Assembly: GCA_965222605.1 (NCBI GenBank)
Contig: OZ244960.1
Coordinates: 800,001-864,000, forward strand
DNA length: 64,000 nt
Direction of reading: 5' to 3'
From: Candidatus Latescibacterota bacterium
GTDB taxonomy: Bacteria; Latescibacterota; UBA2968
Shown: positions 18,363 through 27,111 of the stretch, in pieces
How the letters are laid out: each line of letters opens with the position of its first letter
How positions within the stretch are numbered: position 1 is the stretch's first letter
Notes under the pieces: generated by a model
The model's input: the letters and a program-made list of their open reading frames with translations, nothing else
Databases searched by the model: none
Told to the model about the DNA's origin: nothing
Program-made: the position numbers and the translations under genes

Positions 18363-19631
18363 TTATTTTCGTCCGTCTGCGATCTCAGATAATCGCTCGC
18401 GGTTGGCAGCCACCTTGGCAAACGCCTGTGCGGTCTGCTCCACCCACTCGGCAGAGGGCGCGACTGGCGTGGCAAGCCAAAAACTCATATCCTGTAACCG
18501 CTCACTCACCGGCAAATTGCACACAGGCCGCCTCGCCTCTGCCGACAAATCCGCCCACGGCCCACCCAAACCATCGAACGAAAAATCGTTGAAAAGCGGT
18601 TCCAGGTGCATCGCGCTATACCCCCAGGCCGTAGTCTCTGCGACGTACACCCCTTCTGCAACCAGCGCTTTTATGATAATCGGGAGCGAAGCACCAAACA
18701 CATCGGGATCAACCGTTCCAGCGTATAGCAACATCCCGCCCCGCCTCGCCTTCGGATATGTCTTTTGCGGAGCCACACCGGGAATGTCATCGAGCAAATT
18801 ATCCATCCGATCAAACCAGGCCGCCCGTTTCTCATTCAGCCCCGGCAATCGCTCTAACTGTGCGCGAGCCATCGCAATACCCAGAGGATTTGCGCGGTAT
18901 TTGACACCCAGACCCATATTGCGAAGTGCCTTAAAACGATCCGTCTGCCACAGCGCATCGCACCGCCCGCACTGCCCCAGAGCCAGCATGCGGTCGTAGA
19001 GATCATCGTCATTCGTCGTCGCAACACCGGCTTCTATGCCAGACACTGGCTTTTTCTCCTGAAGGCTAAAACAGCCGATATGCCCAATAGAACCGACCAT
19101 CTTATCGCCCCACATCGCCCCAGGGGCATGGGACGCATCTTCAATCAGCGCGATATCGGTCCCTTCTACAATATCTAAAAACGCATCCATATCTGCCGGA
19201 TTGCCATAAAGATGTGTCACCACAATCGCACATGTGCGGTGCGTAATCCGCTTTTTGACATCCTCGGGATCAGCGCAAAATGTTTCCGGATCTACTTCGC
19301 AGAACACAGGCGTCGCATTGCAGTGCAAAATCGGCGTAATCGTCGCGTGCCATGTCGCAGTGGGCACAATCACCTCTTTCCCAGCGCATGCACCTGCGGC
19401 AAAAATCGCCGAGTGTAGCGCTGCTGTGCCATTGCACATACAAAGCGCGTGTTTGGTCCCCACAAAAGCCCGATACTCTTCTTCAAACTTGTCGAGCTGC
19501 GCGTAAGCGTCATCCTTGTTGTCCAGAACATGGTTGACGTATTGCTTCTCCAGATCGCTCATATCTTGCCACGAATCATTCATTGAAGTAGTAACAGTTC
19601 TGGGACCACCGTCAATTGCCAGATCAGACAT
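18363..19631 (-). CDS. DegT/DnrJ/EryC1/StrS PLP aminotransferase
   Basis: NGTAALH, IEDASHA, FSLQEKK, GVKYR. Confidence 0.92.
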   Translation of the reverse strand: MSDLAIDGGPRTVTTSMNDSWQDMSDLEKQYVNHVLDNKDDAYAQLDKFEEEYRAFVGTKHALCMCNGTAALHSAIFAAGACAGKEVIVPTATWHATITPILHCNATPVFCEVDPETFCADPEDVKKRITHRTCAIVVTHLYGNPADMDAFLDIVEGTDIALIEDASHAPGAMWGDKMVGSIGHIGCFSLQEKKPVSGIEAGVATTNDDDLYDRMLALGQCGRCDALWQTDRFKALRNMGLGVKYRANPLGIAMARAQLERLPGLNEKRAAWFDRMDNLLDDIPGVAPQKTYPKARRGGMLLYAGTVDPDVFGASLPIIIKALVAEGVYVAETTAWGYSAMHLEPLFNDFSFDGLGGPWADLSAEARRPVCNLPVSERLQDMSFWLATPVAPSAEWVEQTAQAFAKVAANRERLSEIADGRK

Positions 19632-19746
19632 TTTTTTATTCCTCTCAATGGACCGCTGAGTTTATGCGATATACGTTATGAACATAGCTTACGCAAATAA
19701 GTCGCAGAAAGCAATCCATCTCGACAATCAAGTGAGCTAAAAAAAT

Positions 19747-19785
19747 AAAAACCGATCCCTATAACTTCAGAGATCGGTTTTTTGT
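19747..19785. terminator. Intrinsic terminator-like hairpin after the Rieske gene
   Basis: AAAAACCGATC...GATCGGTTTTT inverted repeat with A/T runs. Confidence 0.65.
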
Positions 19786-19828
19786 TATTCTGATAAATAT
19801 TTAGCGACAGCCCCTAACTTCTCGCTTC

Positions 19829-20278
19829 TTAAAACAGAATCGACAACGTCTGTGTTCCATTGTCATAGGTACTCTCAAATCGCGGCAAAGGCGCGTTAGC
19901 TGGTCCGCGCAAAACCGCCCCTGTTGTCCTGTCAAACATCGCACCATGGCATGAACACCAGATTTGTGGATCGCGTTCCCCTGGCAAATCCACCTCGCAC
20001 GCCTCATGCGTACACACAGAACTCAAAACCACAAAATCTTCTTCCGCACGGCGGACAATGATCACGGGTGCTCCGCCGTTTTGCCCTTCAAAAACTTGTT
20101 TCACAGACCCTCCCACCTGTGCCAACGCAGACGCGCTGCCCACATCAAACTGCACACTCTCACCAGATGACTTCAACACATCATTCTCACAACCCGAAAT
20201 CCATCCGGCGCACATACCCCCCCCCACAAGCGCGAGGGCCTGTGTCAAAAACGCCCTTCTTTCCGTCTTCTCATCCAC
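19829..20278 (-). CDS. Tat-exported Rieske [2Fe-2S] protein, possibly lipoprotein
   Basis: ERRAFL twin-Arg, ISGC lipobox-like, CTH...CSCHG. Confidence 0.9.
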   Translation of the reverse strand: MDEKTERRAFLTQALALVGGGMCAGWISGCENDVLKSSGESVQFDVGSASALAQVGGSVKQVFEGQNGGAPVIIVRRAEEDFVVLSSVCTHEACEVDLPGERDPQIWCSCHGAMFDRTTGAVLRGPANAPLPRFESTYDNGTQTLSILF

Positions 20279-20300
20279 TGCTCTGCCTCCTCAATAAATC

Positions 20301-20921
20301 TTACGCCACAAGTGCCTTGTAAAACGGTCTCAACAATTTGCGAAGTTGGATGCGCGCCCGAAACAGACGCGACTTTACAGTGCCCACCGAACACCCTTCA
20401 ACACTGGCAATCTCCTGATACGACAACCCGTTCAACTCGCGCAGTACCAGCACAGACCGAAAAATGGGCGGCATCTGCGACATTGCGTGTGCCAGAACAT
20501 CGCGCAACTCGCCTTGCTCAACCACGTAATCCGTTCGCTTTGTATCTGCAAACAGAGCTTCACCATCTGCTTGTTTGTACCACCATTCATCATCCATCTT
20601 GACGTCATATTTGCGCTGTTGCGACTTAATCCAATCCAGACAACAATTGATACTGATGCGATACAACCAGGTGGAAAACAACGCTTGGCCCTTAAACCGG
20701 TGAAGCGACTGAAACGCCTTGATAAACGCGAGCTGTGCCAGATCATCGGCATCTTCCCTATTGCCCACCATGCCAAACGCCGTATGAAAAACCCGCACAT
20801 GGTGCCGCCGAACCAATTCTGAAAACGCCTTTGCATGCCCCTTTTGAGCATACCCAATGAGTAATTTGTCGTCGCATGTTGACCAATTGAACACAGAAAA
20901 TCTCCGCCTAAAATTCAACAA
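20301..20921 (-). CDS. ECF RNA polymerase sigma factor
   Basis: DADDLAQLAFIKAF, FSTWLYRI..N, LSYQEIA...GTVKSRLFRAR. Confidence 0.95.
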   Translation of the reverse strand: MLNFRRRFSVFNWSTCDDKLLIGYAQKGHAKAFSELVRRHHVRVFHTAFGMVGNREDADDLAQLAFIKAFQSLHRFKGQALFSTWLYRISINCCLDWIKSQQRKYDVKMDDEWWYKQADGEALFADTKRTDYVVEQGELRDVLAHAMSQMPPIFRSVLVLRELNGLSYQEIASVEGCSVGTVKSRLFRARIQLRKLLRPFYKALVA

Positions 20922-21975
20922 TCAAATTAAAAGATACACTTTGTCGCCTGTCGTAGTGATAAAATTCATCATTTGAAAAATTGCGCGAAATACCATATCC
21001 AAACTCCGTTGTCACGCGCTGTGTTAGGGGCAACTCCAAAAGCGCGTCAAAAAACGAATACTCATCCCGACGCAACGCGCCCCCTGGCAAAATCGCGCCA
21101 CTGACATCCCGCGCCAGGTCGTCTTTATAAGACTGCTTTTCGTATCCGCCTTCCAGAATAATCCGAACCTGCAATGGCAATTGCTGTGTCAGCCGCGCGG
21201 TTATTTGATCGCCGCTATAATCGTAGCGATCCTTTAAGATATCGTCATCGCCGTAAATGAGCGCATTGAACCGCGTGGGGGCATCATTCGCAGCCCGCAA
21301 ATTGATGCGCCGCTGATAGCGCACCCGCAAGCCCGTATTATCTGTCAGAGATTGCGCCACCTGCAAACCCAAAACCACCTGCCCTTCAGCCCCCTCGCGC
21401 AACTTATAGCCCAACCCCAGATCACCCCTCAATGTCGTACGCGAGGGCAAAAACTGGTTAATCTGAAAAAATGCGTAGTGATCGACATAACGCGACACAT
21501 TCAAATTTGGATACGACCGCCAGTTGAGCTGATACCCCACCCGCTTCATCGTATTCTCGTCGCTATACCATTTGCCCTGCACATATCCCGCCAGTCCGGT
21601 ATAATCATACACATCGTAAATGGAGCGATTTGCACGCGCAGCAAGCGCAAAACCCGCAAATATCCTATCGCGCTCACCACTGTTCAGATCGCGCACAAAA
21701 TCCACACCCAATCGATTGGTCGCAAAGGTTCGGTCGCCATTGTGACCAAATAAAAACCCATCGCCTGAAAAAAAGAACCGCAGATATGAAGCGTCCATCT
21801 CCACGGGGCGCATCACAGAAGCGGAAAGTTGCGTCACAAAAGCACTCGCCCCGCCATAAACCCCATCCACATTGGTATCGTAAATCGTTCCCACAGTCAC
21901 ATCTGTCAGCACATCTGCATCTGCTGTTTTCAGCCCCAGGAGCAATATAAAAAAAAGAATTGATAGACGTTTCAT
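20908..21975 (-). CDS. Putative outer-membrane beta-barrel protein
   Basis: Signal peptide, alternating aromatic beta strands, C-terminal Phe (SFNLIVEF). Confidence 0.65.
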   Translation of the reverse strand: MKRLSILFFILLLGLKTADADVLTDVTVGTIYDTNVDGVYGGASAFVTQLSASVMRPVEMDASYLRFFFSGDGFLFGHNGDRTFATNRLGVDFVRDLNSGERDRIFAGFALAARANRSIYDVYDYTGLAGYVQGKWYSDENTMKRVGYQLNWRSYPNLNVSRYVDHYAFFQINQFLPSRTTLRGDLGLGYKLREGAEGQVVLGLQVAQSLTDNTGLRVRYQRRINLRAANDAPTRFNALIYGDDDILKDRYDYSGDQITARLTQQLPLQVRIILEGGYEKQSYKDDLARDVSGAILPGGALRRDEYSFFDALLELPLTQRVTTEFGYGISRNFSNDEFYHYDRRQSVSFNLIVEF

Positions 21976-22009
21976 AACGCATTCCTTTTTATAGCGGTGG
22001 ATTTATCAA

Positions 22010-22039
22010 ATGGGGAAAGAGCAAGTACCCCTTCCCCAT
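22010..22039. terminator. Intergenic hairpin after the repeat-protein gene
   Basis: ATGGGGAA...TTCCCCAT; no long U-run. Confidence 0.4.
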
Positions 22040-22050
22040 GAACCGATGAA

Positions 22051-23067
22051 TTATCCCGAGTTTGTGGATGGCGAATGATGGCCTCCCCGGCCACGAGGCC
22101 CACCCCGCCGGCCAGGCTTGCCATGCCCACGCTTCCCTCCTCGCGAACGCTCGGGACGTTCAACACCCCATTCCTCCAATTTCTCATCCACTGCCGCCCG
22201 AATGACTCGCCTGGATATATCCAACTCTTTCAACCCGTTAATCAACGTCTTAAGCTCTGTCTCCTGTTCTTCGGTCAAAAGCGCATCCAGACCGCGCTCA
22301 GGCCGTCCAACGCCCCACTCTTCCAACTTCGCATCCACCGCCGTGCGAATATCCTCCTTAGACGTATCCGACGCCCTCAACCCTTCAATCAACGTCTTAA
22401 TCTCGGCTTCCTGCTCTTCGGTCAACACGGATGCCAGACCACGCTCGGGACGTTCAATACCCCATTCTTCAAGCTGGTCATTCACAGCAGCGCGAATTTC
22501 TTCTTTAGATTTACCCTCTGCTCTTAACCACTCAACCAAAACCCTGATCCCGATTTCCTGGTCCTCGGTCAAAAGCGCATCCAAACCCTGCTCGGGACGT
22601 TCAACATCCCATTCTTCTAACTTAGCATCCACCGCCGCACGAATATCTTCCCTCGACGTATCCGACGCCCTCAACCCTTCAATCAACGTCGTCAATTCAG
22701 TCTTCTGATCTTCAGTAAGCAACTTTGCCAACCCGGACGAAATAACAGGACGTTCAGGAAATTCAATACCCCATTCTTCCAACTTGGCCTTCACTGCTGC
22801 GCGAATATCTTCCTTCGACGTATCCGATTCTTTCAAGCCGTCAACCAGAGTTTTCAATTCTGCGCGTTGCTCTTTGGTCAACTGCGACGATGTGCCGCGT
22901 TGTCCCAAAACACCTTTGCGCCCGCGATGATACGATATTCGCACATTATCATCAATGCCATCGGCATTTTCATCCACAAATACAGGTCCTGCCGCCTGCG
23001 CGTCCTGACCGCCCCACAGGGCACATGTCAATGCCAACGCAATGCTATAGATCATCCACTTTTTCAT
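22051..23067 (-). CDS. Secreted protein with five ~49-aa LTxxQ helical repeats (Spy/CpxP-like)
   Basis: Signal peptide MKKWMIYSIALAL...AQA, DENADGIDD motif, basic Gly/Arg tail; GAGGAG RBS before ATG 23067. Confidence 0.75.
   Translation of the reverse strand: MKKWMIYSIALALTCALWGGQDAQAAGPVFVDENADGIDDNVRISYHRGRKGVLGQRGTSSQLTKEQRAELKTLVDGLKESDTSKEDIRAAVKAKLEEWGIEFPERPVISSGLAKLLTEDQKTELTTLIEGLRASDTSREDIRAAVDAKLEEWDVERPEQGLDALLTEDQEIGIRVLVEWLRAEGKSKEEIRAAVNDQLEEWGIERPERGLASVLTEEQEAEIKTLIEGLRASDTSKEDIRTAVDAKLEEWGVGRPERGLDALLTEEQETELKTLINGLKELDISRRVIRAAVDEKLEEWGVERPERSRGGKRGHGKPGRRGGPRGRGGHHSPSTNSG
22144..22881 (-). repeat. Five ~147-bp coding repeats
   Basis: LTxxQxxELKTLIEGLxxSDTSxEDIRAAVDxKLEEWGxERPE x5. 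Confidence 0.9.
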
Positions 23068-23186
23068 GGCCTTGCTCCTCACTGTTGAATTTCTGTCAAC
23101 CGCTCTCAAGCACCGATCCCATTTTGTCCGGCCGGAACCAAAATCCGATCAGCACCATCAACCTGCCGCACTTTGCGGCTACAGTA

Positions 23187-23216
23187 TTTTAAACAATCAG
23201 CAGATCATTTCGTTCC
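23187..23216 (-). promoter_or_regulatory. ECF-type promoter P1 for the repeat-protein operon
   Basis: GGAAC-N17-GTTTAA. Confidence 0.55.
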
Positions 23217-23263
23217 CATGAAAATTGTAATAAATTGTTAAAATTGTTATAGTTTGTACACAT

Positions 23264-23361
23264 AAAAAAGACCGGCAGGACTCGCTTCGCCACATCCTAA
23301 AATGTGGCTACACCTGTACAGCGATACCCCCACATCCATGCAGAAACGATCCCCGGTCTTG
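23264..23361 (-). ncRNA. Candidate ~98-nt structured small RNA
   Basis: 5' AAGACCGG pairs with 3' CCGGTCTT ending in U6; nested GGA/UCC and UCGUUUC/GAAGCGA; internal GCCACAU/AUGUGGC hairpin; promoter directly upstream. Confidence 0.5.
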
Positions 23362-23364
23362 TAT

Positions 23365-23395
23365 CTTTAGATCAGAAAATGGCCTCGCGCGTTCC
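23365..23395 (-). promoter_or_regulatory. ECF-type promoter P2
   Basis: GGAAC-N19-TCTAA, ending ~6 nt before the RNA stem. Confidence 0.5.
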
Positions 23396-23605
23396 ATACA
23401 GGCTGAAAAAAAAACTGGCCTGTGATTGGCCGGCTATTAGCGATCACCCCATCCAATCACCCAAAATACTTTAGCCGTTGCACTTCGTTAATCCGATAAG
23501 GAAAAACCTGTTCAGTTGATTCCTTTTCCGCTTGCGAGAGCGGAAGGATCGCATTAGGTTACGCTGCGATATTTCGAGAACAACACTGGAATAGGAAAGG
23601 AGCAG

Positions 23606-24427
23606 ATGATGATTCGACTGGGAACAATGACGAGTGTGTGTCCAGATTGGTCTATCGAGCAGATTATCGATGGGATGCAGCGCCATGGGTTTGAAGGATT
23701 GGAACCTCGCGCGGGATGGGGACACGCCTCGGGTTTTGAACTGGACATGCCTGCGGCTGATCGAGATGCAGCGCGGGCGAAAATGAAAGATGCCGGACTA
23801 AAAATATCCTGCGTAGCTACCGGGGCGAAATTTGCTGCAGAAGACCCCGCAGCTCTGGATAAATCCATCGCCGAGGCCAACGCTGCAATAGATCTCGCGG
23901 CCGATCTGGGTGCCGGATTGATCCGCACATTTGGCGGCGCACGCGGCAAAGGCGAAATATTTTGGATGGTGAACCGCACGGCTGAGGCATACAAGCGCGT
24001 CATGGATCACGCAGCCGAACGCGGAGTCATTGTAATGATGGAAACGCACGACGAGTGGTGTGTCTCAACACAAGTGCGAGCAGTGGTTGAAAAAGTGAAT
24101 CATCCCAACCTGGGCATATTGTGGGACCTGATGCACCCGCAGCGCCACATGGAGCGACCCGAAGAAACCATGCAGACGATTGGAGCGATGACCAAACACC
24201 TGCACGCACACGACGGGTGTTATGACACCGAGAATGGAAAAATTACCACAGTCGCTCTGGGCGAAGGCGACCTGGATTATGTCACACCCTTAAAATTATT
24301 GCACGATGCTGGATTTGACGGGTTCTTTTCCGTAGAAGTAATCCACAAGCCCGGAAGCGATCACGATGCAGATGGAACCTTGAAAGCTTATGGCGATGGG
24401 TTCCGAAAAATTGTCGAAAATTTTTAA
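23606..24427 (+). CDS. Sugar phosphate isomerase/epimerase (AP_endonuc_2 TIM barrel)
   Basis: METHD, WDLMH, HLHAHD, SVE. Confidence 0.85.
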   Translation: MMIRLGTMTSVCPDWSIEQIIDGMQRHGFEGLEPRAGWGHASGFELDMPAADRDAARAKMKDAGLKISCVATGAKFAAEDPAALDKSIAEANAAIDLAADLGAGLIRTFGGARGKGEIFWMVNRTAEAYKRVMDHAAERGVIVMMETHDEWCVSTQVRAVVEKVNHPNLGILWDLMHPQRHMERPEETMQTIGAMTKHLHAHDGCYDTENGKITTVALGEGDLDYVTPLKLLHDAGFDGFFSVEVIHKPGSDHDADGTLKAYGDGFRKIVENF

Positions 24428-24452
24428 GTTGTTTGATCATCAGGAGAATGGC

Positions 24453-25877
24453 ATGGCAAAACAGAATCTAATTTTATTTGGAATCGATAGTTTGTGGTCA
24501 GATCACATGAGTTGTTATGGCTATGATCGGCTCACGACGCCGCATATCGACAAATTTGCTACACAGGGCGTCTTGTTCGAAAATACATTTAGCGCACATG
24601 TTCCCACCACACCGGCCTATGCGTCAATGCTCACGGGAATGGATTGTTTTTCCACCGATGTCGTGGCACTGCGCCATCGCGGCGGGTTGACAGAAGATGT
24701 CACGACCTTGCCCGAAATTTTGAGCGGAGAAGGCTATGAGACCGTGTGTGTGGGCTTTACGGGAAATCCGAGTTCTCGCGGATTTGATGAGTATGTGAAC
24801 TTCAGAGCATGGGGAAGTTGGGACGAACGTCCGCTGCACAAGGCCGAGTTGCTCAATGAAGTGACATTGCCCGAACTAGAACGCCTGGCCGCGGGCGACA
24901 AACCGTTTTTCCTATTTTTGCGACACATGGACCCACACGCGCCCTATTTACCACCGCCACCGTACGATTCGATGTTCTACAGCAAAGACCCGTGCGACCC
25001 GTCCAAAACCACTATGGAACCGGTAAAAGCATTCAAGCCGTTTCGAGATTTCCATTTGAGCTGGATGCCGCCGGGCATTACCGACGCCGATTTTGTGGTG
25101 GCGCAATACGACGGCGAAGTCGCCTATATGGATGCGTGTATCCAGCGCCTGCTCACCCGTATTGATGAACTGGGTCTGAGAGATAATACCCTGGTCGTAA
25201 TCAATGGCGACCACGGCGAGACCCTCGACGAACACGATTGCTATTTTGATCATCACGGGATATATGAGTGTACCTTAAAAGTGCCCCTGACAATGCGTTT
25301 GCCCGGGCATTTGCCCGAAGGCGTGCGCGTGAAAGGCTACAATCAGCACAAAGATCTCACGCCCACTATCCTGGAACTTCTGGATGTAGAAACAGATATC
25401 GCATTTGATGGGCGCAGCTTGATCTCGATGGTTGAGGGAAAACGCCACACGCACGAATCGGAATTTTATATTACCGAGTGTACCTGGATGCGAAAACACG
25501 GCTGGCGCACCCCCGAGTGGAAGTTGATCGTGGCATTGGAACCCGATTTCCATTTTAAGCCCGAAGTAGAGCTTTACAATTTGATTCAGGACCCGGGCGA
25601 AACCACAAATCTGGCAGACAAAGAACCCGAAATGGTCGCCCTATTGCGCGGACGAATGGAAGCCTGGATTGCCAAACGCGAGAAAGAAGTGGGCCATACC
25701 AATCCCATGTACACAAACCTGAACTGGCACGGCCGCAAAGATTACGACGGGCCATTCAAATCCTCAGAAGATGCGTACAACAATATGCACATCGGTTCTG
25801 CCAGCCAGGCCGCGCGATTGCAGGCGGGGAATAAGAAGGTGGAAGGCACTGTTGCGGAAAAGGCGAAAGACGACTAA
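24453..25877 (+). CDS. Sulfatase-like hydrolase (Thr at nucleophile position)
   Basis: IDSL..DH, PTTPAYASMLTG, DPHAPY, GDHGE, ELYNLIQDPGE; RBS AGGAG. Confidence 0.85.
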   Translation: MAKQNLILFGIDSLWSDHMSCYGYDRLTTPHIDKFATQGVLFENTFSAHVPTTPAYASMLTGMDCFSTDVVALRHRGGLTEDVTTLPEILSGEGYETVCVGFTGNPSSRGFDEYVNFRAWGSWDERPLHKAELLNEVTLPELERLAAGDKPFFLFLRHMDPHAPYLPPPPYDSMFYSKDPCDPSKTTMEPVKAFKPFRDFHLSWMPPGITDADFVVAQYDGEVAYMDACIQRLLTRIDELGLRDNTLVVINGDHGETLDEHDCYFDHHGIYECTLKVPLTMRLPGHLPEGVRVKGYNQHKDLTPTILELLDVETDIAFDGRSLISMVEGKRHTHESEFYITECTWMRKHGWRTPEWKLIVALEPDFHFKPEVELYNLIQDPGETTNLADKEPEMVALLRGRMEAWIAKREKEVGHTNPMYTNLNWHGRKDYDGPFKSSEDAYNNMHIGSASQAARLQAGNKKVEGTVAEKAKDD

Positions 25878-25892
25878 ACCAAAAGGTGCAAA

Positions 25893-26312
25893 GTGCCGAC
25901 ACAGGATGAATTGAAGGCATTGGCCTCTCTCCGATTACAGGAGGCAGAGACGCTGTACAATGCAGGCCAGTATAATGGTAGTGTCTATCTTGCAGGATAT
26001 GCCGTGGAACTCGCTTTGAAGGCCAGAATCTGTAAGGTATTGGGTTTGAGCGATTATCCGGATCAAGGGAAATTAAAGCCTGTCTATGCTGTGCATGACC
26101 TTGATCAACTGCTACTCCTTGCAGGTCTTAAGCCAGAATTGGATTCCAGCAATCAAATATTGTTCAATAACTGGTCAACAGCGGTTCCGTGGAATCCTCT
26201 GTGGCGATACGCAGCAACAGGCACCTATTCACAGCAGGATGCTATTGATATGTTGGATGCAATCAGAGATGAAACAGATGGGGTCTTACAATGGATCATG
26301 AAATACTGGTAA
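25893..26312 (+). CDS. HEPN domain protein
   Basis: YLAGYAVELALKA, HDL, WRY. Confidence 0.8.
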   Translation: MPTQDELKALASLRLQEAETLYNAGQYNGSVYLAGYAVELALKARICKVLGLSDYPDQGKLKPVYAVHDLDQLLLLAGLKPELDSSNQILFNNWSTAVPWNPLWRYAATGTYSQQDAIDMLDAIRDETDGVLQWIMKYW

Positions 26313-26686
26313 ATCAACTTCGCATGCTTCTTGAGAGGTTGAGCGATAAACGGGGCCCTGTAGCACTCTTTATGCTCAATACTTTTGGGCCTGGCTTTGC
26401 ACAACCCTGGCACTTAATCGTCAGTGCCAAAGAACTTGACAAGCTTTCTCGCTCTGAAGCGATCAAGGAAATGACAACGCTCGTTCGGGAACACGGCGAT
26501 GAATCTTTTTGGCGACCGCTTATTCGAATCACGGTTCTAAAAACCCAAGACCCATTTGTGCATTCCGTTAATGCCTCAATGCGAGTAAGCCCGAATGAGA
26601 TAGTAACGATCTCTGACGCCACCGTAGCGGGATTTGAGATTCCTTATGCTCTGTTGGTTCGTTCACAAAGCGTAGCAGCTGTTTAG
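26291..26686 (+). CDS. Hypothetical HEPN partner protein
   Basis: Overlaps HEPN 3' end; WHLIVSA..LD and DPFV motifs. Confidence 0.6.
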   Translation: MDHEILVNQLRMLLERLSDKRGPVALFMLNTFGPGFAQPWHLIVSAKELDKLSRSEAIKEMTTLVREHGDESFWRPLIRITVLKTQDPFVHSVNASMRVSPNEIVTISDATVAGFEIPYALLVRSQSVAAV

Positions 26687-26754
26687 TGCAGGGAAGTTGG
26701 TTGAGATTGAATAAACTAATAGCGGTTGATAACATGACTTCCGAAGCGATTAAG

Positions 26755-27021
26755 ATGATAAATCCAAGAGTAAAAGATGTGACGCCACTTGCTGATTATC
26801 AACTCAAAATAGCGTTTACAAATGGTGAAGTTGGCATCTATGACTGTCGTCCTTTGCTGAATTTCGGGGTGTTCAAAGAACTGACAGACGAAGCTTATTT
26901 TCACCAAGTTCGAGCAGAAGATGGCACCGTCGTATGGCCTCATGAGCAAGATATTTGTCCCGATACCGTTTACTTGGACTCAAGGAAATACAAGAACAGC
27001 GAGGTTTTATTATCTTTTTAA
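26755..27021 (+). CDS. DUF2442 domain protein (putative antitoxin)
   Basis: V..V.PL.DYQL.I.F.NGE, GVFKEL, TVVWPHEQDICPD.VY. Confidence 0.85.
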   Translation: MINPRVKDVTPLADYQLKIAFTNGEVGIYDCRPLLNFGVFKELTDEAYFHQVRAEDGTVVWPHEQDICPDTVYLDSRKYKNSEVLLSF

Positions 27022-27111
27022 CTGGTTGAGGAAGGTTCAACCAGTCAAGCCGCGTAGTTGTAGGTAAAAATAAGAGGGTGGAATACACGTTTTCAGAAAA
27101 TAGGGTGACTC

